From the NCBI GenBank assembly GCA_045578085.1, contig JAZNJO010000063.1, positions 275 through 64,274 of the forward strand: a stretch of 64,000 bases of DNA, read 5' to 3'. This stretch comes from Acutalibacteraceae bacterium (lineage in GTDB: Bacteria; Bacillota; Clostridia; Oscillospirales; Acutalibacteraceae). Position numbers and translations under genes: made by a program. Under the pieces are notes generated by a model. That model did not search any database, was not told the DNA's origin, and saw nothing but the letters and a program-made list of their open reading frames with translations. This document shows, in pieces, positions 62,689 to 64,000 of this stretch; positions within the stretch are counted from its first letter, which is position 1, and each line of letters begins with the position of its first letter.

Positions 62689-62940
62689 TCAGAATCGCTC
62701 TCCCAATTCCACCAGTACGCAGGGCTGCCAGCCCTCATGCCCCTCCCACATACGGGATGGGACGACCCGCAGGCCGTCGCAGTAGTCCTCGGTCTCCATG
62801 GGCTGTCGCCCATCGTACCGAAAGATCACCGGTGTTTCGAGAGGCATCTCCTGAGCCAAGCGCTGCCAATCGCCCAGCGTCACAGTCGTCACCTCGATAT
62901 GAATTTTCATTGCAGACGGATTTGTCCGTCCCTTACTCAC
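62689..62940 (-). CDS. Hypothetical first gene of the SOS-controlled operon (about 83 aa)
   Basis: GTG start behind GGAGG (or the ATG at 62910). …MKIHIEVTTVTLGDWQRLAQEM.... No motif recognised. Confidence 0.4.
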   Translation of the reverse strand: MSKGRTNPSAMKIHIEVTTVTLGDWQRLAQEMPLETPVIFRYDGRQPMETEDYCDGLRVVPSRMWEGHEGWQPCVLVELGERF

Positions 62941-62974
62941 AACCGCCCTCCACAACGACGGTGTTTCTCGAAAA

Positions 62975-62988
62975 CGAACATTTGTTCG
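62975..62988. promoter_or_regulatory. LexA (Cheo/DinR) box
   Basis: CGAACATTTGTTCG is a perfect match to the Gram-positive consensus CGAAC-N4-GTTCG, at about +5 to +18 of the promoter at 63000-63028. Confidence 0.7.
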
Positions 62989-62999
62989 TTCTATATATT

Positions 63000-63028
63000 A
63001 TTGTAGACCCTATTTCGGGAGTTGTCAA
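63000..63028 (-). promoter_or_regulatory. Consensus sigma-A promoter of the head-only operon
   Basis: Minus strand: TTGACA (63028-23), 17 nt, TACAAT (63005-00). Confidence 0.65.
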
Positions 63029-63074
63029 GTGGTTTTGTGAAACTTTTCCTTTTCGACCATTTCTTTCCTTTTTC

Positions 63075-63103
63075 TTGACTTTGTGTGTCTACCGTGTTAG
63101 ACT
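63075..63103 (+). promoter_or_regulatory. Divergent promoter for 63134-63952
   Basis: TTGACT, 17 nt, TAGACT. Confidence 0.45.
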
Positions 63104-63133
63104 ATACAAAAAAACAGCAAAGGAGCCTCCCCT

Positions 63134-63952
63134 ATGAAGAACGCATTTGCCATCAATAATACCGTAGAGTCGGCGCCTGTTGCTCCGGCGGATGCCTTTC
63201 TGAAAGGCAAGATCAACGCCGCTCTGTCGCAGCAGATCAACGAGGAATTTGACGGAGCGATCAAGAAAGTGGTCCTTCGTTTTCGCTCCGTTCCTCACTT
63301 TATCGGTATGGGCGTATCCGCGCTGGTGGTGGCGGTATGCTCCGCTATGTTGGAGGAGTCGGAGCAATTTTCCTTGCCCTGGCTTTTCGGTGCCATCATC
63401 GGTATGGTGGCGTTGTTTCTCGTTGTGTGGTCCTATAATCGGCATATTTCCACTGACAGCGATGAATCCCAACTGAATATGGCGCAAGCGGAGGAGTACG
63501 GCACTATGACCCGCCGTGAGCTGGGAATCCCCGATACCGCCGCCGACTTGGACGTGCTGGGATATTTCTATGAGGTGAGCAAAGGCAAAGAGAAGCGCAC
63601 GCGTATGGATAATGAGGATTATGACGCCTTGGATATGTATGTCTTTATAGAAGATGGGCACTTGATGTTAGCGGACGGAGAGTGTCTCTACGCCTTCCCC
63701 TTGTCCTCCATCACCGCCGTTCGCCGTCAGGAGCAGAAAACCCGCATCTTCTGCTGGAATAAGGACACCATGCCCAATCAGGAGCCTTATAAGTCCTATC
63801 GGATCAAGTATGATGAAGAGAACGACGTATTCACCGTCCGCTGCGTGTATGCACTGGAACTGGCCGCATCCGACTGTGAAATACTGGTGCCGGATTACGA
63901 GTGGGAGCTCACCCTGCAGTCTATGCTGGGTCTGCCGGTCACCGAGGCGTAA
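63134..63952 (+). CDS. Hypothetical membrane protein (272 aa)
   Basis: RBS AAGGAG. Two TM helices (GMGVSALVVAVCSAML, LFGAIIGMVALFLVVW) followed by a soluble domain. No motif recognised. Confidence 0.5.
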   Translation: MKNAFAINNTVESAPVAPADAFLKGKINAALSQQINEEFDGAIKKVVLRFRSVPHFIGMGVSALVVAVCSAMLEESEQFSLPWLFGAIIGMVALFLVVWSYNRHISTDSDESQLNMAQAEEYGTMTRRELGIPDTAADLDVLGYFYEVSKGKEKRTRMDNEDYDALDMYVFIEDGHLMLADGECLYAFPLSSITAVRRQEQKTRIFCWNKDTMPNQEPYKSYRIKYDEENDVFTVRCVYALELAASDCEILVPDYEWELTLQSMLGLPVTEA

Positions 63953-64000
63953 AGCAACCCCCCTTGCCACCACGGCAAGGGGGTCGGTTTTTGGGGAACC

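Larger units (their letters stand above)
56993..63028 (-). mobile_element. Phage-derived tail-less head/packaging operon (about 6 kb), SOS-box controlled; satellite-like, GTA-like or domesticated remnant
   Basis: Promoter + LexA box, then orf83, terS, orf66, terL, orf68, portal, short scaffold, capsid, 118-aa head protein, then a terminator. No tail, lysis, integrase or repressor genes lie between promoter and terminator. Confidence 0.6.

Overview
High-GC (about 60%) Firmicutes/Clostridia-like chromosome; the taxon is an inference from codon style, Gram-positive RBS/promoter/LexA-box forms and DUF421/DUF4363 spore-former genes. There are four blocks. (1) 1-3850: nnr (open at the window edge), a membrane protein, ansA, then an AT-rich non-coding stretch with an unusual mini-hairpin array. 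(2) 3853-38871: a roughly 35-kb, apparently intact prophage inserted into the 3' end of tRNA-Arg(ACG). It has exact 49-bp att repeats and TGACACCCAT arm-type repeats at both ends. Its modules are int/cI-like/cro-like, an early/replication module (HUH Rep, PcfJ/PcfK, DUF3102, RecU), a late activator, terS/terL, scaffold/capsid/portal, a 2145-aa giant virion protein, a tail fibre, and XhlA/amidase/holin lysis genes. No tape-measure or tail-tube set is recognisable, so it looks podovirus-like. (3) 38.9-53.5 kb: housekeeping genes (DUF421/DUF4363, D-Ala-D-Ala carboxypeptidase, HtrA, a two-component system, hemW, zapA, U32 peptidase, nagA, sufC/sufD-like, trmL). (4) 53.5-57 kb: an operon of HprK-like P-loop protein, PqqD/RRE, S24-type peptidase and ABC exporter with no visible precursor peptide. 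This is followed at 57-63 kb by the most interesting locus. It is a compact tail-less 'head-only' phage operon (terS, terL, portal, short scaffold, capsid, head-completion protein). It is paralogous to the head module of the resident prophage, and is driven by a consensus promoter overlapped by a perfect LexA (Cheo) box and closed by a strong terminator. Most long plus-strand ORFs in the track are antisense shadows of minus-strand genes. All functional calls rest on motif recognition by eye; no database search was run.
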